A DNA stretch of 64,000 bases from Oligoflexales bacterium (GTDB lineage Bacteria; Bdellovibrionota_B; Oligoflexia; Oligoflexales; RGVZ01), in NCBI GenBank assembly GCA_044375465.1, contig JBILMN010000001.1, positions 47,052 through 111,051 of the forward strand, in the 5' to 3' direction. Made by a program: the position numbers and the translations under genes. A model generated the notes under the pieces. The model saw only the letters and a list, made by a program, of their open reading frames with translations. It searched no databases and was not told where the DNA came from. This document shows positions 18,027 to 27,592 of the stretch, piece by piece. Numbering within the stretch: the stretch's first letter is position 1; each line of letters begins with the position of its first letter.

Positions 18027-19379
18027 TCAGGGCCGATCGTTCATATTTTTGCGCTGAAACATTGCATAGCTTTTGAGATAGGTAAAACCAGTGGTCAGTT
18101 GAATGTCTTTCTGCAGAGGCTCAGGCCACTGGCGAATGGCTTTGGTGATCCCTTGATTGGTCGCTATGTCACTCAGGTCCGCGCTTTCGATATGGCCTTT
18201 GAGGTCGGACTCTTTCTTGGATTCGGCACCTTCGCGTTCCACTGAGTTTTTGTCGGAAATATAGACATCGGGGCGAATTCCTTTGGCCTGAATGCTGCGG
18301 TCCTTTGGCGTGTAGTAGCGGGCAACGGTGAGTTTTAGGCCACTACCGTCAGGTAGAGAAATAAGAGTTTGCACGCTCCCTTTACCAAAAGTTGTCGTAC
18401 CCACCAACAATGCCCTTTCATGATCTTGAAGGGCACCAGCAACGATTTCTGATGCTGAGGCAGATCCACCGTTGACGAGCACGACGACGGGAAAAGAGGC
18501 AATCGTTCCGCGTTTTCGCGCAAATTCTCGCTCCACTTTATCTTTGTCACGACCAACGGTGCTGACGATGATGCCACTATCAATAAAAAGGTCAGCAACC
18601 GCCACGGCCTGATCAAGGAGGCCGCCTGGATTGTCGCGCAGGTCAAGAACCATGCCAGTGAGCTTGGAGGGACCTTGTTTTTGAATGAGCGCTTCAAGCT
18701 CATCAGCGGTATTTTCCTGGAAGCTTGAAATCCTGGCATATAAGGTTGAATTTTCCAGCAGGTGACCGCGCACGGATTTCACCTTGACGATTTCACGTGT
18801 CAGCTTGAACCGAATCGGATCTTTGACGTCTTTGCGGGTGATGGTTAGTTTCATGATACTTCCAGGATCGCCACGCATGCGGTCAACAGCATCAGGATTT
18901 TTCATTTTAGACACCAGCTGGTCATCGATTTCGATGATTTCGTCTCCTGCTTTGACTCCAGCTTTGTATGCAGGAGTATCTTCGATAGGACTGACGACGA
19001 TAATTTTTCCGCGTTCCTGAGAGACTATGATACCAACGCCCCCAAATTTTCCTTGGGTGTCAATGTTCATTTGTTCGAAGGCCTTTGCGGGCATCAGCAT
19101 CGTATGAGGATCAAGATGTTCGATGATCCCACGAAGAGCGTTTTGAACCATCTGCTCTTCTTGGACTTTATCCGGGTCAACATACATGTTCTCAAGATAG
19201 AATAGCCCGCGAGCCAAAGTTTCCAGATTTCTATAACGCGCTGATGTTTCATCTATTTTTGGCGTCACGTCATTTTTTTGGGGTGCCGCATCAAGACGTG
19301 ATATCGATGGAACACAAAAAACAAGAATGATCGCGATCGCCGTCTTTAAATTCGTTTGCCTTCGCATAAAATCATTCAC
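18027..19379 (-). CDS. Carboxy-terminal processing peptidase (S41 family)
   Basis: PDZ domain (GGVGIIV...PAYKAGVKAGDEI), DLRDNPGGLL, LVNGGSASASEI and TFGKGSVQ. Confidence 0.9.
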   Translation of the reverse strand: MNDFMRRQTNLKTAIAIILVFCVPSISRLDAAPQKNDVTPKIDETSARYRNLETLARGLFYLENMYVDPDKVQEEQMVQNALRGIIEHLDPHTMLMPAKAFEQMNIDTQGKFGGVGIIVSQERGKIIVVSPIEDTPAYKAGVKAGDEIIEIDDQLVSKMKNPDAVDRMRGDPGSIMKLTITRKDVKDPIRFKLTREIVKVKSVRGHLLENSTLYARISSFQENTADELEALIQKQGPSKLTGMVLDLRDNPGGLLDQAVAVADLFIDSGIIVSTVGRDKDKVEREFARKRGTIASFPVVVLVNGGSASASEIVAGALQDHERALLVGTTTFGKGSVQTLISLPDGSGLKLTVARYYTPKDRSIQAKGIRPDVYISDKNSVEREGAESKKESDLKGHIESADLSDIATNQGITKAIRQWPEPLQKDIQLTTGFTYLKSYAMFQRKNMNDRP

Positions 19380-20209
19380 CTCGCCTGACTTCCAGCTTTT
19401 TCATTAAGTTTTTGCTGAGCGGACTTGAGTCGCTCAGCATTCAATTGCGTCTCTAATTCCGCCGCATTTTTTGCATCGGTCAGTCGAAGCCCCTCAATCC
19501 GCCTGTAATCTTGAACAACGCCAAGTGCCGTCCTCAGATCGCCTCGGTTCCTGTAATAGGTTGCTAACCGCTCAGTCGCCTCGAAGCATCCCGGGCAAGA
19601 AAGGCGCGCCTGTTCCCATTCTGATTTCGCAGCGTCAAATTTTTTGCGTTCTTCAAGCAAAAACGCGAGCCTTGAGCGGCTGAGATAGAACGTCGGATTC
19701 TCTGCAAGGGCCCTGCGATAAGATTTTTCAGCAGCCACCAAACTGCCGCGTTTTTCGGCAATCAGTCCTAGATTGTGGTAGAACCGCTCGGAATTTCGGT
19801 AAGGTGGCGTTTCTTTAAGGTTTAACCCCTTTAAGATCATTTTCTGAGCTTTATCGAGTTGCCCTGATTCAAGATATGCAGAGGATAAATTTAGCGCATT
19901 GACGGCGGTCTGACCAAGGTTCCAAGCCATTTCCATGTGTTGGACTGCTTTGTTCGGATTTTTAAGCGCCAAATGTGTGAGTCCCATCAGGGTGTGGGCT
20001 TTGATATTCTTGGGCTCCCGCTCCAGCACCGGCCGCAGCTCAAACAGGGCTTTGTCTGGCTGTCCAGATTCGAGGAACGCCGCAGCCACAGACAAATCGG
20101 TGTTGGATTCTTCCTTGGCCGTCTTGTCCTGATTGTTGTTCAGGGTTTGACACCCGGTCATTCCCAGTATTAGACTAAAGGCCACCAAGTAATTAAAAGC
20201 ATTCGTCAT
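19376..20209 (-). CDS. TPR-repeat lipoprotein
   Basis: Lipobox LILGMTGC after the Met at 20209, and several TPR-like repeats (AHTLMGLTHLALKNPNKAVQHME, YHNLGLIAEKRGSLVAAEKSYRRALAENP). The 3' end overlaps the ctp start by 4 nt. Confidence 0.7.
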   Translation of the reverse strand: MTNAFNYLVAFSLILGMTGCQTLNNNQDKTAKEESNTDLSVAAAFLESGQPDKALFELRPVLEREPKNIKAHTLMGLTHLALKNPNKAVQHMEMAWNLGQTAVNALNLSSAYLESGQLDKAQKMILKGLNLKETPPYRNSERFYHNLGLIAEKRGSLVAAEKSYRRALAENPTFYLSRSRLAFLLEERKKFDAAKSEWEQARLSCPGCFEATERLATYYRNRGDLRTALGVVQDYRRIEGLRLTDAKNAAELETQLNAERLKSAQQKLNEKAGSQAR

Positions 20210-20298
20210 CAGACCAACTCCACGAGAAATGGTGTTCATGACCAAAGCTCTAGTGTACCACGAAGATTGCGGGATTGGTTCTTTACCTGGAGAAAAAA

Positions 20299-21519
20299 AT
20301 GGGCGATTCGAATTCAAACAGTCATGACTGCCCAGCACTACCGATGGATGAAGCGCGTCTACAATTTGGGGCCTGGTTACGGGCGGCGCGAGAGAGGGCT
20401 GGCCTTTCGATCGAGGCCATCGCCCAAGAGACGAAGATCAGCAAAAGCTATATTTCAAGCCTCGAATCGGGGGCGATGGACGCCCTTCCCGGTAAGGTTT
20501 TCGGTCGTGGGTTTGTCAAAAATATCACGCGTCTTTTAAAATCCGATGGAACCGAGGGCCTACGGCTTTATGATGCATGCTGGGGATCGCCATTGCAGGA
20601 CGCCAAACCTGGCAATGACCCAGCAAGCGAAACCGAGCCGCACAAAACAAAATCGGTCATGGCCCGCATTGCCGAACCCGTTGATGTTTCATCCGTCGTC
20701 TCGCAGAGACTCATGAAGCCAGATTTCGCCCCAGCCGGAGAAAGTCTTAGGCTTCCTGCCGGCAAAATCGCGGGTTATATGGAGACTCTTTTGCGGCTTC
20801 CAGCAGGGCTCATGCGTTCTCTGGCAATGCCCCATGTCAGACTTTGGATTTTGGCCTCAGTGGCCTTGGCATTAGTGCTGCTTGTTTTTGGGCGTTGGGC
20901 TGCGGTCAACTTGCACCGTAGCAAGCTGTCTTTGAGCTCTGTATCTACGCAAAAACAATCAGAGGTTACTCGACAAAACCATCCACAGGTCCATCCACAA
21001 ATGCTGGCGGACCGCTCTGCAAATAAGCCCGGCGACATGCAAACTCAAGAAGCATCGGCTATCGCTGATGCAGCAAACACCGTACAGGCAGTTCAAGCTC
21101 CCGTACCAGCATCTACGGTCACCGACATAAAAATCACCACCGCGCAGGCAACCATCAACGCAGAGTCGAAACTTCCGACCGCGTCTGAGACGGCACAAAA
21201 ATCCTTGGACTCCGCTGAGGACAACCCTTTGTACGCACCCTCGACAGCCGGCGCCGCATTTGAGCAGGTCTTGGAACTAAATGTGTCAGAGGATGTTGAA
21301 GTGCGGATGATCTTGGATGGAAAAAAAGTCGACAAAACATGGTTTGAGGCTAAATCCCATCGCTATACTTTCAACGACCGTGCGGAAATCTATATCCTTG
21401 ATGCCAGTAAATTGGACATGATTTACAATGGCAAGTCTCTTGGGGCATTGGGGAATCCCGGCCGGAAACGTAGGATTTTTCTTCAGGCAAAAGCTTCCGT
21501 AGATGATTTTCCTAAATAA
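20299..21519 (+). CDS. rodZ: Cytoskeleton protein RodZ (HTH, TM, C-terminal DUF4115)
   Basis: FGAWLRAARERAGLSIEAIAQETKISKSYISSLESG...GKVFGRGFVKN, a TM helix (VRLWILASVALALVLLVFG), and a C-terminal segment MILDGKKV...IYNGKSLG. The start is at 20299 or 20344. Confidence 0.8.
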   Translation: MGDSNSNSHDCPALPMDEARLQFGAWLRAARERAGLSIEAIAQETKISKSYISSLESGAMDALPGKVFGRGFVKNITRLLKSDGTEGLRLYDACWGSPLQDAKPGNDPASETEPHKTKSVMARIAEPVDVSSVVSQRLMKPDFAPAGESLRLPAGKIAGYMETLLRLPAGLMRSLAMPHVRLWILASVALALVLLVFGRWAAVNLHRSKLSLSSVSTQKQSEVTRQNHPQVHPQMLADRSANKPGDMQTQEASAIADAANTVQAVQAPVPASTVTDIKITTAQATINAESKLPTASETAQKSLDSAEDNPLYAPSTAGAAFEQVLELNVSEDVEVRMILDGKKVDKTWFEAKSHRYTFNDRAEIYILDASKLDMIYNGKSLGALGNPGRKRRIFLQAKASVDDFPK

Positions 21520-21547
21520 ATAAAAGCTGTTATGTGCTGCAAAAGGT

Positions 21548-21586
21548 GCCCACCGTTGCCCCAGCTTCGGTGGGCTAAAGTTTTTT
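21548..21586 (+). terminator. Intrinsic terminator after rodZ (hairpin usable on both strands)
   Basis: GCCCACCG-12 nt-CGGTGGGC followed by TAAAGTTTTTT. The reverse strand has the same stem followed by ACCTTTT. Confidence 0.55.
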
Positions 21587-21873
21587 GGTGGCACACCGAA
21601 TCCTTTTAAGTAAGTCGGAAGGCTTACAGGATATCCGGACAGGATGAGTCAGGCGCTGAGGCACCGAGGCTCTTACGGAGATGAAGGAAGCTTTGGGTCT
21701 TTGAACCCACTTCAAGTGTGTGGGCCTAGGATGGGCCGGATTGCCAGGAGGGCAGTTCAATGGTCTTCTTACCTGTCGGATCTCAAATTCTAACCGTGCT
21801 TATTTCCCTTCAAATCAGCAGAATTTTCAAGTAAATTTGCTACCATAGCCGAAGTTGTGGCCAACTTGAGGAT

Positions 21874-22749
21874 ATGGAATTGGCGATTGAAACAATATTA
21901 ACGATCACAGATATGCGCGCAGCCGTGACAGCCTGGCGCCAGGCAGGTCATCGTGTGGCTTTTGTGCCCACGATGGGAGCGCTCCACGAGGGGCACCTGT
22001 CCTTGGTAAGAACCGCCAAGCTGGAGGGTTTTCGAGTGGTGGTGAGTATTTTCGTCAATCCCCTGCAGTTTGGCCCCTCCGAAGACTTTGCGCGCTATCC
22101 GAGAACCCTGAAAGACGACATCGAAAAGCTTCGCACCGTAGAATGCGACGCGATCTTTGCCCCTTCAGCCACGGAAATGTATCCTGCCGGTTTTCAGACG
22201 ACCATCCACAACAAAATGATGTCCTCTGGACTTTGCGGCAAATTTCGTCCCGGACATTTCGATGGCGTTTTGACCATTGTTGGCAAGCTTCTAAATGTTG
22301 TGACACCTGACGTGGCCTTTTTTGGGAAGAAAGACTATCAACAATGGCGCTTAATCGAGCGGATGGTGAGCGATCTAGAATTGCCATACGTGATTCGCGG
22401 ATGTGACACGGTGCGAGAATCAGATGGCCTCGCCATGAGTAGCCGAAACCGCTATCTTTCAGCAGATGAGCGTGAACAAGCGTCATTAATTTTTCGTGGT
22501 ATGACGGCGTGCCGCGAACTCTGGCAAAAAGGCGAGCGGCAAACAGAGCAAATCTTGGCGGTGTTCAGGGATTATATAGGGCGTTGCCCGCAGATGAAAA
22601 TTCAGTATGCGGAGCTGGTGCACCAAAAAACACTTGAACCCATGGAATCACAGATCGCTGACCGGAACACTCCGACGAATGAGATGGTTGTGATGATCGT
22701 CGCAGTGATCTATGGCGATGTGCGACTGATTGATAATTTGGAATTTTAG
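21874..22749 (+). CDS. panC: Pantoate--beta-alanine ligase
   Basis: VPTMGALHEGHLSLV, VSIFVNPLQF, FFGKKDYQQ and GLAMSSRN. Confidence 0.93.
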   Translation: MELAIETILTITDMRAAVTAWRQAGHRVAFVPTMGALHEGHLSLVRTAKLEGFRVVVSIFVNPLQFGPSEDFARYPRTLKDDIEKLRTVECDAIFAPSATEMYPAGFQTTIHNKMMSSGLCGKFRPGHFDGVLTIVGKLLNVVTPDVAFFGKKDYQQWRLIERMVSDLELPYVIRGCDTVRESDGLAMSSRNRYLSADEREQASLIFRGMTACRELWQKGERQTEQILAVFRDYIGRCPQMKIQYAELVHQKTLEPMESQIADRNTPTNEMVVMIVAVIYGDVRLIDNLEF

Positions 22750-22757
22750 GACGACAG

Positions 22758-25223
22758 ATGACAACAGGACAATCTAGGTTGCAGTGGTTTGGCTGGCTTC
22801 GCTCCTTTTTGGAAGGATGGGTCCGGGCAAAGATTGTCCCTGGAGAGGATGTTTTGGCACAGCTCGGCGTCGACCCTGCAAAACCGATCTGTTATGTACT
22901 CAAATCCAATAGTATTTTTGATTTTTTGGTGCTTGATATTTTCTGTTCGAAACATCAGTTACCCCGCCCTCTGGCCGGCATTGACGACCTTGGCGACAAC
23001 AAGGACGCATCGAGTATCTATCTAAGCCAGGTTGGAATTTTACGCACCTACGGCGCCTACCGAAACGAGCCTCCATCACCTTTTTTCAAGTTACTCCGCC
23101 GCGCAGGGCAGCAAGAATCCTTCGACGTTCAGTTGGTTCCGGTCAGCGTCTTTTGGGGGCGCGATCCAGGCCGCGGTGAACCCAGTGTCTTCAAACTCTT
23201 CTTTCCGGATGATGATCGGGCGAGCTTTTTTCAAAAATTATTTATCGTTTTGGCCCATGGAAAAAACATTGTTATTAATTACTCCAAACCCATCCATTTG
23301 CGCGAACAAATCTCAGGTGTCCAAAATGTGGAACAAACCGCACGCAAGTTGACACGGGTCATACGAGTCCATTTTCAGACACTACGTAACGCCGTCCTCG
23401 GCCCTGGACTCATCAGTCGGACGCGGGTCATTGAGACGCTTGTGCGAAGCAAGGCCCTGAAATCAGCGATTGACGATGAGTGTCGCAAAAAAAACATACC
23501 TCGTGACCGAGCTGAGCGCTTGGCTAAGGAGTACATTTCCGAAATCGCCGCGGAGGTCTCACCGGAGATTATCGCCGGGCTAGCGATCTTGTTGAAGCGT
23601 CTTTGGAACAGGATCTACAGTGGCGTTGTCGTACAACACATCGACCGATTACGGTCAATTCCGGCTAATGCGGAAATTGTTTATGTGCCATGCCATCGAT
23701 CCCACATGGACTATCTGCTGCTGAATTACGTTCTTTACGACAACCACGTTTTAACACCCCATGTGGCGGCTGGGATCAATCTTAATTTTTGGCCGGTCGG
23801 TAGTTTGATCCGCAGAGTGGGTGCTTTTTATATTCGTCGTTCATTCAATAACAATCGACTTTATGCCGTCGCATTTAGCGAGTATGTCTCGTTTTTGTTG
23901 CAACGTGGATTTCCGGTTCAGTTTTTTCTAGAGGGGGGACGCAGTCGGACGGGCAAAGTACTGCCCCCAAAAACCGGAATGGTATCCATGGTGATGTCCA
24001 GCTTCCTGAAAAATCACGACAGACCGATCTATTTTGTTCCTGTATACATCGCCTATGACCGGGTTGCTGAAGTCAAAACCTACCGCAAGGAGCTCGCCGG
24101 TTCGAAAAAGAAATCCGAAAGTGTCGGTCAACTTGTCCAGGGACGAAAAGCACTACGCACAAGCCACGGCCAGGCCTATATCGCATTTGCCGAGCCCATC
24201 AATCTTGGAGATTTCTTGGACGCTAAACGACCTGGATGGCGAGATCTCGTGTACGACGTCGATGCCAAACCAACGTGGATGACCCCGGTGGTTCAATCAC
24301 TTGCGTCAAATGTCATGACATCCATCAATGAGACGGCAATCTGTGGATCAGTCGCTTTGGTTGCGACAATCCTTTTGGCAACAAGGCAGAGAGCTTTACC
24401 TGAAGATGAACTTTTAGCGCACATTGAGATGTTTCAAAAAATATCCAAGTCGTTCCCATATTCGCCTGACGTCCACTTACCTGACCTGACAGCACCTGCG
24501 ATTCTTGAGATTGCAGAACGTGTTGGACGACTATCTCGGTTTACGCATCCTGGTGGGGACGTGATCCACGCGGTGGAGCCTCAGGCAAGTCTGATCACTT
24601 ATTACAGAAACAACGTGGCACACCTCTTCGCAGTACCTTCGGTGATCGCTTTTTTCCTGCAACATAATGACTCCATCAGTGAGGAACTTATACGGCAGGG
24701 CATGCGAGTGATATATCCGGTCATCAAAAAAGAGTTCTTTCTGCGCTGGGATACGGCGAATATTGATGCTGTGACTAACGAATACATCCAGGTACTCAGA
24801 GCAATGGGGCTTTTCGCAAAGTCCGATTCGGGTGACATCACAAGGCCGGACATGACGTCTTTCGAATTCAACATTCTGCGAACCATAGGCCTCATTGTTG
24901 GTCCTGCCTTGGAACGTTTTGCGATTGCAACCCATCTGTTGAAACAATATGACGACGGCACCGCCTTCAAAATGGATGACTTTCAAAAACGCTGTATGAT
25001 GATGGCGCAACGCATCAGTCTCCTGACAGGCGCAACGGACGCAGAGCTACCGAGTGCTCAAGTTTTTGCTGCAATATTCGAACAGCTGAATGAAAACGGC
25101 ATGATCGAAAATCACGGTGCTGACTCCTGGAAATTAACACCTGCGTTTAATGATATTTTAGGGTTAACATCGGCACTTCTTAGTGTTGACATGCGTCATA
25201 GCATGGCTCGAGCCAAGGGTTGA
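22758..25223 (+). CDS. plsB: Glycerol-3-phosphate 1-O-acyltransferase
   Basis: About 820 aa with VPCHRSHMDYLLL (HX4D), FIRRSF and FLEGGRSRTGK, as in enterobacterial PlsB. Confidence 0.9.
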   Translation: MTTGQSRLQWFGWLRSFLEGWVRAKIVPGEDVLAQLGVDPAKPICYVLKSNSIFDFLVLDIFCSKHQLPRPLAGIDDLGDNKDASSIYLSQVGILRTYGAYRNEPPSPFFKLLRRAGQQESFDVQLVPVSVFWGRDPGRGEPSVFKLFFPDDDRASFFQKLFIVLAHGKNIVINYSKPIHLREQISGVQNVEQTARKLTRVIRVHFQTLRNAVLGPGLISRTRVIETLVRSKALKSAIDDECRKKNIPRDRAERLAKEYISEIAAEVSPEIIAGLAILLKRLWNRIYSGVVVQHIDRLRSIPANAEIVYVPCHRSHMDYLLLNYVLYDNHVLTPHVAAGINLNFWPVGSLIRRVGAFYIRRSFNNNRLYAVAFSEYVSFLLQRGFPVQFFLEGGRSRTGKVLPPKTGMVSMVMSSFLKNHDRPIYFVPVYIAYDRVAEVKTYRKELAGSKKKSESVGQLVQGRKALRTSHGQAYIAFAEPINLGDFLDAKRPGWRDLVYDVDAKPTWMTPVVQSLASNVMTSINETAICGSVALVATILLATRQRALPEDELLAHIEMFQKISKSFPYSPDVHLPDLTAPAILEIAERVGRLSRFTHPGGDVIHAVEPQASLITYYRNNVAHLFAVPSVIAFFLQHNDSISEELIRQGMRVIYPVIKKEFFLRWDTANIDAVTNEYIQVLRAMGLFAKSDSGDITRPDMTSFEFNILRTIGLIVGPALERFAIATHLLKQYDDGTAFKMDDFQKRCMMMAQRISLLTGATDAELPSAQVFAAIFEQLNENGMIENHGADSWKLTPAFNDILGLTSALLSVDMRHSMARAKG

Positions 25224-25226
25224 TCT

Positions 25227-26420
25227 GTGGGACGTAAAGGAGGCCATTGGCGTAGTTTTGAGGATGAGACAGATCAGTATGATCGCGTCTCACGAATGAA
25301 ACCGCGCGAAAAAAAATCCTCCAAATCGGCCAGCCTTGAAGAGGAGTTTGAGGTCAATGAAACAAAGTGGCCAGAAAAGCACCCAGAGGGATTTGCCGCG
25401 CGCGTGGTGGAAGTGCACAAACGCTACGCGTTTATTTCGCCGGAGCCAGCGGATGGACAAATCAAGACTCGCGATGTTTGGCTAGCAACGATTGCAAGGA
25501 AATTTTTGCAGGCCAAGCGCGCCCAGAGAAACTTTATTGTCGTGGGTGACCGCGTCTTGTGCACACCCACTTCCGAGGATCATGCGGGTGTCGTGACTGA
25601 TTTACCCCAATGTGTCATTCAGCATTTATCCCCCAGAAAAACATTGATCAAAAGAATTGATCCGCATCGTCGCGATATGGAACACGTGCTGGCAAGCAAT
25701 GTGGATCAGTTGTTAATCGTCGCTAGCTATGTCGGTCCGACGGTTAAATGGGGGTTGATTGACCGGTATTTGGTGTTGGCGGAGCTTCAAGGGATTAAAC
25801 CGCTCATCGTCCTTAATAAGAAAGACCTTTTGAAGGATGAAAAGCCCGAATTTCAGGAGGAATGTCACAGGAACGCCGAACTATACAAATCCCTCGGTTA
25901 TGCCATTTATTCGGTCCAGGCAAACGCTACAACTGCCAGAAAAAATATCGACATCCAGGAGCTCAAAATGGCTTTAAAAGGTCACGTATCGATGCTTTCT
26001 GGGCATTCTGGTGTTGGCAAAAGCTCGTTGGTTAATTTATTTGAACCGGAATTAGTCCAGGCTGTAGAAAAGAATGAGGATATATTCTACAAAGGACGCC
26101 ACACAACATCCTACGCCAGCTTCATCAAACTCGGAACCGGTGGTTATGTCATCGACACTCCAGGGATCAGAAGTTTCGTATTACAAGAACTCACCCACCG
26201 GGAGCTGGCGTTCGGTTTTATTGAGTTTCGCAACTACGCAGATCATTGTAAATATCAGGGGTGCAGGCATCTGGATGAACCTGATTGTGCAGTCCGTTTG
26301 GCGGTCACTGAAGGCCATATCAGCCAAAGGCGATATCTATCATATCGAGGGATTTTACAAGGTACGACTGGACGCGAGGGTCGCGTACGGGATTTGGAAG
26401 CGGATAACATCGATGAATAA
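25227..26420 (+). CDS. rsgA: Ribosome small-subunit-dependent GTPase A, with a charged N-terminal extension
   Basis: GTG start. OB domain, circularly permuted GTPase (LNKKDL ... GHSGVGKSSLVN ... DTPG), and Zn knuckle C..GC.H..EP.CAV. Confidence 0.88.
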   Translation: MGRKGGHWRSFEDETDQYDRVSRMKPREKKSSKSASLEEEFEVNETKWPEKHPEGFAARVVEVHKRYAFISPEPADGQIKTRDVWLATIARKFLQAKRAQRNFIVVGDRVLCTPTSEDHAGVVTDLPQCVIQHLSPRKTLIKRIDPHRRDMEHVLASNVDQLLIVASYVGPTVKWGLIDRYLVLAELQGIKPLIVLNKKDLLKDEKPEFQEECHRNAELYKSLGYAIYSVQANATTARKNIDIQELKMALKGHVSMLSGHSGVGKSSLVNLFEPELVQAVEKNEDIFYKGRHTTSYASFIKLGTGGYVIDTPGIRSFVLQELTHRELAFGFIEFRNYADHCKYQGCRHLDEPDCAVRLAVTEGHISQRRYLSYRGILQGTTGREGRVRDLEADNIDE

Positions 26421-26431
26421 GGAACCGAAAC

Positions 26432-27592
26432 ATGGCATATGATTACAGTGAATCAGAGGAACTAAAGATGCTTCGCGAGTCGGTATCAGCCTTTGCGCGG
26501 GCAGAAATCGCTCCAGTTGCCAGAAAACTTGACGAGACGGAGACCTTCAGCGTGGAGCTCACCAAAAAAATGGGGGCTCTAGGACTATTCGGCACCGTTG
26601 TTCCGACCAAATACGGTGGTCAGGGAATGGACTATCTGTCTTACATTGCCGTTGTGGAGGAACTTGCAAAAGTTGACGGTAGTCAAGCGGCCACCATCGC
26701 CGCTCACAACAGCCTTGGCGCAGCACCTTTATACTATTACGGCAACGAGGACCAAAAAAAGAAATACCTGCCGGATTTGTGCACAGGCGCGGCTCTTTGG
26801 GGGTTTGGACTCACAGAGCCAGAAGCAGGCAGTGATGCTCAATCGAGCCGGACAACAGCTGTTTGGAACGAGGCAAAGCAGTGTTGGATCATCAATGGAT
26901 CAAAGATTTGGATTACCAACAGCGCCTGTGAGCTGACAAAGGGTATCACCGTGCAGGCGGTAACTGGTCGCCGTCCTGACGGGCGCGCGGAACTTAGTTG
27001 TTTCCTTGTTGATGCCAACGCGAAAGGACTGACGCGGCGAGCCATGAAGGACAAGATGATGTGGCGGGCTAGCAATACCGGAGAGCTCTATTTTGACAAT
27101 GTAGAGGTCCCAAAATCGCATGTATTAGGACAAATTGGTCAGGGCTTCAAAATCATGATGGAGACTCTGGATAATGGTCGGCTGTCTATCGCCGCAATGG
27201 GGCTCGGCTTGGCCAAAGGCGCTTTTGAATTAACTCTAAAATACGCGAACGAGCGTAGAACCTTTGGCCAGACACTGGGTAAGCACCAGGCCGTGGCGTT
27301 TAAGCTTGCTGAGATGGCAACAAGGATTGAGGCGGCAGAGGGACTTCTCTACAAAGCTTGTTGGCAGAAACAAACAGGCCAAGCATTCGGCAAAGTTGCG
27401 GCAATGGCCAAGTTATACTGTTCCGAGGTCGCGGAGTATTGTGCAAGAGAGGGACAACAAACTTTTGGAGGATATGGTCTAATGAAGGAATATCCTATCG
27501 AGCGCCACTACCGAGACGCCGCTTTGCTTCGTATTGGCGAAGGCACCAGCGAAATCCAGCGCATCGTTATCAGTCGATTGATTGGTTGCTGA
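26432..27592 (+). CDS. Acyl-CoA dehydrogenase
   Basis: GLTEPEAGSD, KIWITN, RTFGQ, and QTFGGYG...YPIERHYRDA..LRIGEGTSEIQ. Confidence 0.9.
   Translation: MAYDYSESEELKMLRESVSAFARAEIAPVARKLDETETFSVELTKKMGALGLFGTVVPTKYGGQGMDYLSYIAVVEELAKVDGSQAATIAAHNSLGAAPLYYYGNEDQKKKYLPDLCTGAALWGFGLTEPEAGSDAQSSRTTAVWNEAKQCWIINGSKIWITNSACELTKGITVQAVTGRRPDGRAELSCFLVDANAKGLTRRAMKDKMMWRASNTGELYFDNVEVPKSHVLGQIGQGFKIMMETLDNGRLSIAAMGLGLAKGAFELTLKYANERRTFGQTLGKHQAVAFKLAEMATRIEAAEGLLYKACWQKQTGQAFGKVAAMAKLYCSEVAEYCAREGQQTFGGYGLMKEYPIERHYRDAALLRIGEGTSEIQRIVISRLIGC

Noticed and set aside
21590-21790. Local resemblance to TPP-riboswitch elements (CTGAGG, CTTTGAACC, GGATTGCCAGGAGGG) and to the SRP RNA helix 8 motif (GAAGGAAGC).
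   Set aside because: The stems required for either family do not form (for example, there is no CUGG/CCAG P5 pairing and no GGAA tetraloop context), and panC is not a TPP-regulated gene. The region is kept only as an unassigned structured spacer.
27358-27591. A 78-codon N-terminal extension of the lipoprotein ORF in the ORF track.
   Set aside because: It overlaps the 3' end of the acyl-CoA dehydrogenase in another frame. The internal ATG at 27592 gives a proper lipoprotein signal and a TGATG coupling.
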